This document shows, one piece after another, positions 36,195 through 48,494 of a stretch of 64,000 nucleotides of DNA. The DNA lies in NCBI RefSeq assembly GCF_035594765.1, contig NW_026943818.1:2523757-2587756 (forward strand). Direction: 5' to 3'. A model generated the notes under the pieces. The model was given only the letters and a program-made list of their open reading frames with translations. It was not told the DNA's origin and ran no database searches. The position numbers and the translations under genes were made by a program. The stretch comes from Anolis carolinensis (lineage: Eukaryota). Position 1 is the stretch's first letter. Each line of letters opens with the position of its first letter.

Positions 36195-38860
36195 GAAAAG
36201 CTCAGTTTGCTGCAACTAAATTGAAAATGGGAGCGTCTTACACTCAATGGTGTCTTATAGATGAAGAAATATGGTACTTTTGCATTTTGAAGCTCAGTTT
36301 GCAGTGGTGTCTTATAGATGAAGAAATATGGTACTTTTGCATTTTGAAGCTCAGTTTGCAGTGGTGTCTTATAGATGAAAAAATACGGTACTTTTGCACC
36401 TTGACACTCGGTTTGCAGCAACTAAATTGAAATTGAGGTGCGTCTTATAATGAATGGTGTCTTATAGATGAAGAAATACGGTACTTTTGCACCTTGACGC
36501 TCGGTTTGCAGCAACTAAATTGAAATTGGGGTGCGTCTTATAATGAATGGTGTCTTATAGATGAAGAAATACGGTACTTTCGCATTTTGAAGCTCAGTTT
36601 GAAGTGGTGTCTTATAGATGAAGAAATATGGTACTTTTGCATTTTGAAGCTCAGTTTGCAGTGGTGTCTAATAGATGAATAAATACGGTACTTTTGCATT
36701 TTGAAGCTCAGTTTGCAGTGGTGTCTTATAGATGAAGAAATATGGTACTTTTGCATTTTGAAGCTCAGTTTGCAGTGGTGTCTTATAGATGAAGAAATAC
36801 GGTACTTTTGCACCTTGACGCTCGGTTTGCAGCAACTAAATTGAAATTGAGGTGCGTCTTATAATGAATGGTGTCTTATAGATGAAGAAATACGGTACTT
36901 TTGCACCTTGACGCTCGGTTTCCAGCAACTAAATTGAAATTGGGGTGCGTCTTATAATGAATGGTGTCTTATAGATGAAGAAATACGGTACTTTTGCACC
37001 TTGACGCTCGGTTTGCAGCAACTAAATTGAAATTGGGGTGCGTCTTATAATGAATGGTGTCTTATAGATGAAGAAATACGGTACTTTTGCACCTTGACGC
37101 TCGGTTTGCAGCAACTAAATTGAAATTGGGGTGCGTCTTATAATGAATGGTGTCTTATAGATGAAGAAATACGGTACTTTCGCATTTTGAAGCTCAGTTT
37201 GAAGTGGTGTCTTATAGATGAAGAAATATGGTACTTTTGCATTTTGAAGCTCAGTTTGCAGTGGTGTCTAATAGATGAATAAATACGGTACTTTTGCATT
37301 TTGAAGCTCAGTTTGCAGTGGTGTCTTATAGATGAAGAAATATGGTACTTTTGCATTTTGAAGCTCAGTTTGCAGTGGTGTCTTATAGATGAAGAAATAC
37401 GGTACTTTTGCACCTTGACGCTCGGTTTGCAGCAACTAAATTGAAATTGAGGTGCGTCTTATAATGAATGGTGTCTTATAGATGAAGAAATACGGTACTT
37501 TTGCACCTTGACGCTCGGTTTCCAGCAACTAAATTGAAATTGGGGTGCGTCTTATAATGAATGGTGTCTTATAGATGAAGAAATACGGTACTTTTGCACC
37601 TTGACGCTCGGTTTGCAGCAACTAAATTGAAATTGGGGTGCGTCTTATAATGAATGGTGTCTTATAGATGAAGAAATACGGTACTTTTGCACCTTGACGC
37701 TCGGTTTCCAGCAACTAAATTGAAATTGGGGTGCGTCTTATAATGAATGGTGTCTTATAGATGAAGAAATACGGTACTTTCGCATTTTGAAGCTCAGTTT
37801 GAAGTGGTGTCTTATAGATGAAGAAATATGGTACTTTTGCATTTTGAAGCTCAGTTTGCAGTTGTGTCTTATAGATGAAGAAATATGGTACTTTTGCATT
37901 TTGAAGCTCAGTTTGCAGTTGTGTCTTATAGATGAAGAAATATGGTACTTTTGCATTTTGAAGCTCGGTTTGCGCTGGTGTCTTATAGCTGAAGTAATAC
38001 GGTACTTTTGCATTTAAAAGCTCATTTTGCAGTGGTGTCTTATAGATGAAGAAATATGGTACTTTCGCATTTTGAAGCTCGGTTTGCAGCAACTAAATTG
38101 AAATTGGGGTGCATCTTATAATGAATGGTGTCTTATAGATGAAGAAATATGGTACTTTCGCATTTTGAAGCTCTGAAGTGGTGTCTTATAGATGAAGAAA
38201 TATGGTACTTTTGCATTTTGAAGCTCAGTTTGCAGCAACTCAACTGAAATTTGGACGCGTCTTACAATCGGTGTCTTATAGATGAAGAAATATGGTACTT
38301 TCACATTTTGAAGCTCAGTTTGCAGACACTTAACTGAAATTGGGAAGTGTCTTATAATGAATGGTGCCTTATAGATGAAGAAATACGGTACGTTTTCACT
38401 TTGAAGCTCAGTTTGCAGACACGTAACTGAAACTGGGACACGTCTTACAATCAATGGTGTCTTATAGATGAAGAAATATAGTACTTTTGCACTTTGAAGC
38501 TCAGTTTGCAGCAACTCAACTGAAATTGGGACGTGTCTTACAATCAACGGTGTCTTATAGATGAAGAAATACAGTACTTTTGCATTTAGAAGCTCAGTTT
38601 GCAGCCACTAAACTGAAATTGGGATGCGTCTTACAATCAATGGTGTCTTATAGATGAAGAAATACAGTACTTTTGCATTTTGAAGCTCAGTTTGCAGCAA
38701 CTCAACTGAAATTGGAATGCGCCTTGCAATCAATGGTGTCTTATAGATGAAGAAATACGGTACTTTTGCATTTAGAAGCTCAGTTTGCAGCAACTAAACT
38801 GAAATTGGAATGCGCCTTGCAATCAATGGTGTCTTATAGATGAAGAAATACGGTACTTTT
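36195..38860. repeat. Satellite of ~58/~93 bp units with a 600-bp higher-order period
   Basis: Recurring gtgtcttatagatgaagaaata(c/t)ggtacttttgca. Identical ORFs at 36538 and 37138. Confidence 0.92.
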
Positions 38861-39559
38861 ATTTATTTATTTATTTATTTATTTACTATATTTATATCCC
38901 GCTCTTCTCACCCCGAAGGGGACTCAGAGCAGCTTACAAATCAAATGAACATACAATATGTTATTAGTATAGCACAATATAAGCATTAAATCACTATATC
39001 ATTATATGGTAATAGAATTAGTAATATTACATTTAATCTATAATATATCATTAATATTATTATATTGTATTATTAGTAGTATAAATACTACTATTAGGAT
39101 TATATTTATATTATATTTATATAAATACTATAAATAGCATTTTGAAGCTCAGTTTGCAGCCACTAAACTGAGCTGATGACCCAAGGGGAGGAGGAGTGAG
39201 AAACCGGGACGTTGTAAACACGGCTGAGACAGTGGGAAGGCGGAGGATTAATTGGAATTGTTGTTGCCAAAATAGGAAAACCAAAAGGACGGTTCTTGCG
39301 TCAAGTCTTTGGACACAATGGGTTATATTGTGACACCCTGTTTATCCCCTTGCGCCCCGCAACAATAGAAGGCAGGGAGCCAAAGTTGTGAGCGTGTTTT
39401 CAGCTTTGTATTTAGTAAATACAGTAAATACTATTTACTGTACGGATAACAAGGTGAACTGAACAGAACATACTGGACAAGTTTGGGGGAAAGGGAGTTA
39501 TAGTTCACCTGCATCCAGAGAAACTGTGACCCCCACGGACAATGGACCGGGATCACGCT

Positions 39560-41400
39560 TCCCACAGAGACGCCTGCATGGGGGTGGCAGTGGTCACTAG
39601 AAGTGAGGGAAGGTACTATAAATCCCATCATCCATGGTCCATCTTCCTCCAAACTTTACCAGGACGTAGAGTGGGTCATGGGGCATCTGTGTGCCAAGTT
39701 AGGTCCAGGTCTGTCATTGGTGGGGGTCACAATGGTCTCTAGAAGTGAGGGAAGGTACTATAAATCCCATCATCCATGGCCCTTCTTCATCCAAACTTCA
39801 CCAGGACATAGAGTGGGTCATGGGGGTCTGTGTGCCAAGTTAGGTCCAGGTCCATCATACGTGGGGGTCACAGTGGTCTCTGGAAGTGAGTGAAGGTACT
39901 ATAAATCCCATCATCCATGGCCCTTCTTCATCCAAACTTGACCAGGACGTAGAGTAGGTCATGGGGGGGTCTGTGTGCCAAGTTAGGCCCAGGTCCATCA
40001 TACGTGGGGGTCACAGTGGTCTCTGGAAGTGAGTGAAGGTACTATAAATCCCATCATCCATGGTCCATCTTCCTCCAAACTTCACCAGGACATAAAGTGG
40101 GTTATGGGGGGTCTGTGTGCCAAGTTTGGTCCCGGTCTGTCAGTCATGGGGGTCGCAATGGTCTCTAGAAGTGAGGGAAGGTACTATAAATCCCATCATC
40201 CATGGTCCATCTTCCTCCAAACTTCACCAGGACGTAGAGTGGGTCATGGGGCATCTGTGTGCCAAGTTAGGCCCAGATCCGTCATGCGTGGAGGTCACAG
40301 TGGTCTCTGGAAGTGAGTGAAGGTACTGCAAATCCCATCATCCATGGTCCATCTTCCTCCAAACTTCACCAGGACGTAGAGTGGGTCATGGGGCATCTGT
40401 GTGCCAAGTTTGGTCCAGGTCCGTCATTCGTGAGGGTTGCCGTGGTCTCTAGAAGTGAGTGAAGGTACTGTAAATCCCATCATCCATGGTCCATCTTCCT
40501 CCAAACTTCACCAGGACGTAGAGTGGGTCATGTGAGGTCTGTGTGCCAAGTTTGGTCCCAGTCTGTCATTCATGGGGGTTGCAGTGGTCTCTAGAAGTGA
40601 GGGAAGGTACTATAAATCCCATCATCCACTGTCCATCTTCCTCCAAACCTCACCAGGACGTAGAGTGGGTCATGGGGCATCTGTGTGCCAAGTTAGGCCC
40701 AGATCTGTCATGCGTGGAGGTCACAGTGGTCTCTGGAAGTGAGTGAAGGTACTGCAAATCCCATCATCCATGGTCCATCTTCCTCCAAACTTCACCAGGC
40801 CATAGAGTGGGTCATGGGGGGTCTGTGTGCCAAGTTTGGTCCAGGTCCGTCATTTGTGGGGGTTGCAGTGGTCTCTAGAAGTGAGGGAAGGTACTATAAA
40901 TCCCATCATCCACGGTCCATCTTCCTCCAAACCACACCAGGATGTAAAGTGGGTCATGGGGCATCTGTGTGCCAAGTTTGGTCCAGGTCCGTCATGCATG
41001 GGGGTCACAGTGGTCTCTAGAAGTGAGGGAAGGTACTATAAATCCCATCATCCATGGCCCTTCTTCATCCAAACTTCACCAGGACATAGAGTGGGTCATG
41101 GGGGTCTGTGTGCCAAGTTAGGTCCAGGTCCATCATACGTGGGGGGTCACTGTGGTCTCTGGAAGTGAGTGAAGGTACTATAAATCCCATCATCCATGGT
41201 CCATCTTCCTCCAAACTTGACCAGGACATAGAGTGGATCATGGGGCATCTGTGTGCCAAATTAGGCCCAGGTTCGTCATGCGTGGGGGTCACAGTGGTCT
41301 CTATAAGTGAGGGAAGGTACTATAAATCCCATCATCCATGGTCCATCCTCCCCCAAACCACACCAGCACGTAAAGTGGCTCATGGGGGGGTCCAGGTCCG
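39560..41400. repeat. ~142-bp satellite (about 13 units)
   Basis: Recurring gaagtgag.gaaggtactataaatcccatcatccatgg...gtgtgccaagtt. Diverged relatives at about 21900-22250. Confidence 0.92.
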
Positions 41401-42794
41401 TGAGGGTTGCATGGAAAGCAAGACACATACACTGTCATAGAAAAACATACAAATGCTGTCTTCTTTTGGACTGCAGCACCCATCATCCCCAGTTTACCCC
41501 AATGGGGATTTTGGGAACTGTAGTCCCTCGGAGATTGGTTCCCTTTGGAGCTCTGGGAGTTGCAGCTTTGTAAGGTCCTTAGAGCCCCCTCTCCGACCAC
41601 ACCAACGCCCAGGTCTCCATGGAACCAAAGTGGTGTAACTCCCCAGTGCGGAAGGGATCCCCGCCGTGAAGGGTTAACCCTCCCTGGCTCCTTGCAGAGG
41701 CTCTGTTTGCTTTGGATCCCTCCTTGTACCTGCTTTGTTTTCTCCTCAAACAAGGCCGGGGTAGGCAGCCCTGTTTGCTCGGGATACAAATAAAGGATAA
41801 TAATCTCTTCGAGGCAGAACTTTGGGTCGCAAAGGACAAAGGAACGTTCTGCGCCAGTGGGGCGGAGGTTGTGCGAGAGAGGTTTTGGGAGGCGAAGCCG
41901 GTTTGGCCTGGGGAGGATCTGGGAGGGGAGCCACATCGTAAATCTTGGGAGTGGGACTTCCTGGCCTGGATGGGATCTGACTCAAAATATCAGAAAGGGA
42001 ACGAGGAAACTATGACTTCCTGCAAGGCAGGGCTGGACTACATGGGTCCCCAAGTGTTAACGAAGAAAATTTTAGAAGAATGAGGTCAAATTATTGAGTG
42101 GAGGGCCCTCCTGCAGCCGTTCTTCTCCCCGATCTGTCCCAGAATACCTGGACCAAGGTTGCCGCTTGGAATTTGGTCTAAAATTTTCTTTGGACCTCCC
42201 CAAGCAGAGTGTCCCTTTGTGGTCGCCAAATTGTTATCGACCGTGATTCAGCTTGGATCAGCCCCGTGAGGGAGATCCAATCCGTCTCCCAGAAGAGGGA
42301 ACGAACCTTGGCGAGCCGACCGAAAAGTAGAAAATAAACCGGAATATAATTTACCTGAGACCGAAAGGAAAAGCTCTGCCAAGTTGAAGGAAAAACCGTC
42401 AAAGTGTTTATTAAAGCGATTCAGCTGAAAAGGACATCACGTCACAAGCCTTTCATTATGTATTTGTTAATGTATATATTTGCTAACCTGTATGTTGATT
42501 TGCCAGTTTGATTTACCTCTTTGGTGCAGGAGGGGTTATAGATAAATAATTGTACTGAGCATGTTCGGATACAGGACTCCCTTTTGTATTCTATCTGCTT
42601 GATACCTCAGTGGAGGTGGATGCATGTTACTGTTAGGACTTCAGATAATCTGTGGATTTGCCAGTTTGATTTACCTCTTTGGTGCAGGAGGGGTTATAGA
42701 TAAATAATTGTACTGAGCATGTTCAGACACAAGACTCCCTTTTGTGTTCTGTCTGCTTTACACCCCAGTAGAGGTGGATGCATGTTACTGTTAA

Positions 42795-43107
42795 AAGGTA
42801 AAGGTTTCCCCTGACGTTAAGTCCAGTCATGTCTGACTCTGTGGGTTGGTGCACATCTCCATTTCTAAGCCGAAGAGCCGGCGTTGTCTGTAGACACTTC
42901 CAAGGTCATGTGGCCACTGGCATGACTGCATGGAGCGCCGTTACCTTCCCGCCGGAGCGGTACCTATTGATCTACTCACATTGGCAAGTTTTCGAACTGC
43001 TAGGTTGGCAGGAGCTGGGGCTAACAGCGGACGCTCATTCTGCTCCCGGGATTTGAACCTGGGACCTTTCAGTCTCCAGCTCAGTGCTTTAATGCACTTC
43101 GCCACCG
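42795..43107 (-). mobile_element. Sauria SINE, near full length
   Basis: ACCTTT-type tail and conserved core gcggtacctattgatctactcacatt. Partial copies at about 197-411, 55258-55590 (+) and 62525-62722. Confidence 0.88.
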
Positions 43108-43531
43108 GACTTCAGATAACCTGTCTTTGCTAACCTGTATGTTGATTTGCCAGTTCGATTTACCTGTTTGGTGTGGGAGGGGTTATAGACATGTGATTAT
43201 ACTGAGCATGTTCAGACACAAGACTCCCTTTTGTATTCTGTCTGCTTTACACCTCAGTGGAGGTGGATGCATGTTACCGTTAGGACTTCAGATAAGCGCC
43301 CAGAGACTGGGCGCAGTTATTTCCAATGCCTTCCCATTTTAGTGGATTCTGGGCTTCCTTAGAAGGAGATGGGAACAGAGCTTCTCTTTGGGAGGTCGAA
43401 AAACCTTTCCTTTCCTTCTTTCCTCCCTACCGGTTGTTAGGAATTGTGGGAGTTGGGGTCCAAAACACCTGGAGGGCCGAAGTTGGCCCATGCCTGCTCT
43501 GTATGGTCCCTGTGGCTTATACTATATTATT

Positions 43532-44428
43532 ATTTTATTGTATGACACAGCAAACAAGATAGATATGCTGGATTTCGTATCACAAAATCACAAGTCGAAC
43601 ACTTCCCAAGTGTCTAGGACTGTGTGATGTATTTTCGGATGATGCGTGCAGATCCCAGTCGGGTGGCCTTTTGCAGTTGGCAGATCGTAATTTTGTCAAT
43701 GTCTATTGTTTCCAAATGCCAGCTGAGATCTTTCAGCACGGCACCCAATGTGCCCATCACCACCGGGACCACCTGCACTGGTTTCTGCCAGAGTCTTTGA
43801 AGTTCAATCTTGAGGTCCTGATAGCGGCTGAGTTTTTCCTGTTGTTTTTCGTCAATGCGACTGTCACCTGGGATGGCGACATCAATGATCCAAACCTTTT
43901 TCTTTTCCACAACTGTGATGTCTGGTGTGTTGTGTTCCAGAACTTTGTCAGTCTGGATTTGGAAGTCCCACAGTATCTTTGCGTGCTCATTTTCCAATAC
44001 TTTTGCAGGTTTGTGATCCCACTGCTTCTTTCCTGCTGGCAGGTGGTACTTGAGGGATAAGTTCCAATGGATCATTTGGGCCACATGGTTGTGCCTCTGT
44101 TTGTAGTCTGTCTGTGCGATTTTCTTACAGCAGCTGAGGATATGATCAATGCTTTCATCAGCTTCCTTGCACAGTCTGCATTTTGGGTCATCAGCTGATT
44201 TTTCGATCTTGGCCTGAATTGCCTTTGTCCTGATGGCTTGCTCCTGGGCTGCAAGGATCAGGCCTTCGGTCTCCTTCTTCAGGGTCCCATTCGTGAGCCA
44301 GAGCCAGGTCTTCTCCTTATCAGCTTTTCCTTCAATTTTGTCAAGGAACTTTCCTTGCAATGTTTTGTTGTGCCAGCTGTCAGCTCTAGTTTGTAGTGCG
44401 GTTTTCTTGTACTGATTTTTTTGTCTGC
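43532..44428 (-). mobile_element. Dong/R4-clade non-LTR retrotransposon 3' fragment (CCHC + restriction-like endonuclease)
   Basis: CRLC..E.IDHILSCC, RHN, PDITVV...IIDVAIP, EKLSRY. Flanked by (TAA)n. Confidence 0.85.
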
Positions 44429-44439
44429 TTATTATTATT

Positions 44440-44484
<45 letters not shown>

Positions 44485-44966
44485 TCTCCCAATCTCTTTG
44501 CCCAAAATGGGACTGCGCTCTCCATGGTGCTGAAGGCATCCTCCATCCCTTGGAATAGGCACGCTTCTGCCAGTCTAAGATCGAACCAGAACCACTGGCT
44601 GGAAGCTACAAAGAAATCATAGTCCTTCTGCCTTCTTTGTACGTAGCAGGGATTAAAAGGGGAGCATTTTGCACGGCTGAACGCTTTCACACCCAGATGA
44701 GCCACAAGGACTTTAATTCCACTTTTTTCCTGCTGGACCTGATCTTCTGGTTCTCAGGATGCCCTTCGGCGGTGTCTGCAAAGGGCAGGGCCACCGTGGT
44801 CCGTCTCTCGCGAAATCGAGGTGCGGCGCGGAAAAATGTCCCCGAACCCAGGCCACCCAAATGTGGGCTTGACCTCGAACTCAGAGCACTGTCCTTCCAG
44901 TGGCTTCCTGTCGTCCGCAGCTCATGTCTTGCAAAGCCAAGGCAGGTCCCGTTGCCATCCACATAC

Positions 44967-45016
<50 letters not shown>

Positions 45017-45529
45017 CTTTATTAATGTCCCTCTCTATCGCCAATTGAGTTGCCACCTGCTCGGAGATGGATTTGTTTGTTTTTGAGATCCGTAAAACTC
45101 TCATCCCTCTCACTCTCCTTTTTCTTTCTCTCTTTCTTTTTTTCCCCTTCCTCCTAAGAGAAATGAGTTGGAGCCCAAAACACCCGCCTGCTCTATATGG
45201 TCCCTATATTATTATTATTTTATTATTTATTTATTTATTATTTAAACTTATATGCCGCCACTCCCCTAGGGTGCAAACAAGATAGACATGCTGGATTTTG
45301 TATTATTATTTTATTGTATGACACAGCAAACAAAATAGATATGCTGGATTTCGTATCACAAAATTACAAGTCGAACTCTTCCCAAGTGTCTAGGACTGTG
45401 TGATGTATTTTCGGATGATGCGTGCAGATCCCAGTTATAATAATAATAATAATAATTAATATCCTGTCTTTCTCCCCATGAGGACTCATGTATCTGTTTG
45501 AAGTGTTCTTTCTCTTGTTCATGTGTAAA

Positions 45530-45571
<42 letters not shown>

Positions 45572-45575
<4 letters not shown>

Positions 45576-46224
45576 CCCAAAATGCAGACTGTGCAAGGAA
45601 ACCGATGAAACCATGGATCATCTCCTCAGCTGCTGTAAGAAAATCGCACAGACAGACTACACACAGAGGCACAACTGTGTGGCCCAAATGATTCATTGGA
45701 ACTTATGCCTCAAGTACCACCTCCCAGCAGCAAAGAACTGGTGGGATCACAAACCTGCAAAGGTATTGGAAAATGAGCACGCAAAGATACTGTGGGACTT
45801 CCGAATCCAGACTGACAAAGTTCTGGAACACAACACACCAGACATCACAGTTGTGGAAAAGAAAAAGGTTTGGATCATTGATGTCGCCATCCCAGGTGAC
45901 AGTTGCATTGACGAAAAACAACAGGAAAAACTCAGCCGCTATCAGGACCTCAAGATTGAACTGCAAAGACTCTGGCAGAAACCAGTGCAGGTGGTCCTGG
46001 TGGTGATGGGCACACTGGGTGTCGTGCCGAAAGATCTCAGCCTTTGGAAACAATAGACATTGACAAAATCACAATCTGCCAACTGCAAAAGGCCACCCGA
46101 CTGGGATCTGTGCGCATCATCCGAAAATACACCACACAGTCTTAGACACTTGGGAAGTGTTCGACTTGTGATTTTGTGAAACGAAATCCAGCATATCTAT
46201 CTTGTTTGCTGTGTCATGCAATAA

Positions 46225-46225
<1 letters not shown>
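45572..46225 (+). mobile_element. Dong/R4-clade 3' fragment, inverted relative to 43532-44428
   Basis: Same peptide. Embedded in (TAA)n. Further small pieces at 45275-45435 and 46307-46597. Confidence 0.85.
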
Positions 46226-46283
<58 letters not shown>

Positions 46284-46377
46284 GAAGAAGAAGAAGAAGA
46301 AGAAGATTGAACTTCAAAGACTCTGGCAGAAACCAGTGCAGGTGGTCCCGGTGGTGATTGGCACAATGGGTGTCATA

Positions 46378-46420
<43 letters not shown>

Positions 46421-46597
46421 CCTAGACACTTGGGAAGTGTTCGACTTGTGATTTTGTGATACGAAATCCAGCATACCTATCTTGTTTGCTGTGTCATACA
46501 ACGTCGTTGTGTCAATAATAATAATAAGATTGAACTTCAAAGACTCTGGCAGAAACCAGTGCAGGTGGCCCCAGTGGTGATTGGCACAATGGGTGTC

Positions 46598-46654
<57 letters not shown>

Positions 46655-47244
46655 TTGCCGGCATATCTGCATATCTGCACTGGGTGCCCTTTCAACTTCC
46701 TGCCAATGCAGTACAGTAGAGTCTCACTAATCCAAGCCTCGCTTATCCAAGCCTCTGGATTATCCAAGCCATTTTTGTAGTCAATGTTTTCAATATATCG
46801 TGATATTTTGGTGCTAAATTTGTAAATACAGTGATTACAACATAACATTACTGCATATTGAACTACTTTTTCTGTCAAATTTGTTGTATAACATGATGTT
46901 TTGGTGCTTCATTTGTAAAATCATAACCTAATTTGATGTTTAATAGGCTTTTCCTTAATCCCTCCTTATTATCCAATATATCCGCTTATCCAAGCTTCTG
47001 CCAGCCTGTTTAGCTTGGATAAGTGAGACTCTACTGTACCTATTGATCTACTCGCATTGCATGGTTTCAAACTGCTAGGGTGGGCGAGAAAGGGGTCGGG
47101 GTTTGATAAGCGATAATTGTACGGTCATCAATATTTTGTGTTGTCGAAGATCCCGAAAGCGGGGCTGGCTGTGTGACGCTGTGGCTGTTTGGCCGGAAAC
47201 CGTGGGCTGACCACGTCTGCTTCTCTCTTTCTTCCAGGGTCAGG

Positions 47245-48363
47245 ATGGTCCGGGGCTGGCCCTACAAGCTGGAGGCCATCGCCCTGACCTTGGTGGGCTT
47301 CACCGGCTTCTTCTTCCTCCTCCAAAGCGGTCAAGGCCCGTCCGTCCCGAAGGAGGTGACCATAGAGACCTGGACGCTGGGCCCCGAAACCACGACGCGA
47401 GCCCCTCGACCCGCTTGCCGTGCCAACACCTCGGCGGCCAACGTCCCCGGCTTTGCCGACCTTCCGGCCCACATCCAGGACTTCCTCCGCTACAAACACT
47501 GCCGGGATTTCCCCCTTTTGCTGGACGCGCCCCACAAGTGTGTCCGGACGGAGGTCTTCCTCCTGCTGGCCATCAAATCCTCGCCGGGGAACTACGAGCG
47601 CCGGGCCGCCATCCGGCAGACGTGGGGCCAGGAGCGGACCTTCGAAGGGGCCCCCATCCGGAGGGTCTTCCTCTTTGGGGTGGCCCCCGACCCCCGCGAG
47701 TCGGGGAAGCTCAACCGCCTGCTGGCGATGGAGGCCTCGGACTTTGGGGACGTCCTGCAGTGGGGCTTCTGGGACACCTTCTTCAACCTGACCCTCAAGC
47801 AGACCCTCTTCCACGGCTGGCTGGCGGAGCGTTGTCCGGCGGCCAAGTTCGTCTTCAACGGCGACGACGACGTCTTCGCCAACACGGACAACATGGTGCG
47901 CTACCTCTCGGGGGTCCCTCCGGGCCACCTCTTCACGGGGCACCTCATCGCCCGCGTGGGCCCCATCCGGGAGAAGTGGAGCAAGTACTACATCCCGGAG
48001 CAGGTTACCACCGCCAAGGATTATCCTCCCTACTGTGGCGGAGGGGGGCTCCTGATGTCCGGGCACACGGCCCACGCGATCCACGAGGCCTCACGGGCCC
48101 TGGATCTCTTCCCCATCGACGACGTCTTCCTCGGGATGTGCCTCCAACGGGCCGGCCTGGCACCCGCCTCACACTTGGCCATGCGGACCGTGGGACTGAG
48201 GGTCCCCTCCTCCAACCCCTCTCCTTCCTTTGACCCATGCCACTACCGGGAGCTGCTCCTGAGCCACCGCTTCCGGCCCTACGAGATGCAGCTCATGTGG
48301 AGGGAGCTCCACTCGAAAAGACTCCGGTGTGGGAAGAAGGTGGCCGTCTACCCCAAAATCTGA
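47245..48363 (+). CDS. B3GNT3: beta-1,3-N-acetylglucosaminyltransferase 3-like (GT31), 372 aa, single coding exon
   Basis: Acceptor ttctctctttcttccag ends at 47237 and ATG is at 47245. N-terminal TM, then IKSSPGNYERR, FFNLTLKQ, NGDDDVF, VGPIR..WSKYY, YPPYCGGGG, PIDDVFLGMCL, SFDPCHYRELLLSHRF. Closest recalled match is B3GNT3. Ortholog versus paralog status is unresolved. Confidence 0.85.
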   Translation: MVRGWPYKLEAIALTLVGFTGFFFLLQSGQGPSVPKEVTIETWTLGPETTTRAPRPACRANTSAANVPGFADLPAHIQDFLRYKHCRDFPLLLDAPHKCVRTEVFLLLAIKSSPGNYERRAAIRQTWGQERTFEGAPIRRVFLFGVAPDPRESGKLNRLLAMEASDFGDVLQWGFWDTFFNLTLKQTLFHGWLAERCPAAKFVFNGDDDVFANTDNMVRYLSGVPPGHLFTGHLIARVGPIREKWSKYYIPEQVTTAKDYPPYCGGGGLLMSGHTAHAIHEASRALDLFPIDDVFLGMCLQRAGLAPASHLAMRTVGLRVPSSNPSPSFDPCHYRELLLSHRFRPYEMQLMWRELHSKRLRCGKKVAVYPKI

Positions 48364-48494
48364 GGGAGGAAAGAAGGAAAGATTTCACAACCTCCCAAAG
48401 AGAATCTCGACTCCCATCTCCTTCTAAGGAAGCCCAGGATCCACTAAAATGGGGGGGGGGGAGGGTATTGGAAATAACTGCATCCAGTCTCTGG

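Noticed and set aside
43614-44705. 363-aa ORF as a host gene
   Set aside because: It is a chance fusion of flank, a poly-Leu microsatellite and a Dong/R4 endonuclease fragment.
47173-47244. N-terminal extension of the 396-aa ORF
   Set aside because: It starts at GTG and covers the polypyrimidine tract and acceptor at 47237.
47128-48233. Long antisense (318 aa) and alternative-frame (272 aa) ORFs over the B3GNT3-like gene
   Set aside because: These are an expected shadow of a GC3-rich CDS and have no recognisable domain.
2258-48363. Glycosylation gene cluster (MAN1B1, UAP1L1, B3GNT3-like)
   Set aside because: No shared regulatory evidence is visible, and proximity alone is not support in a vertebrate genome.
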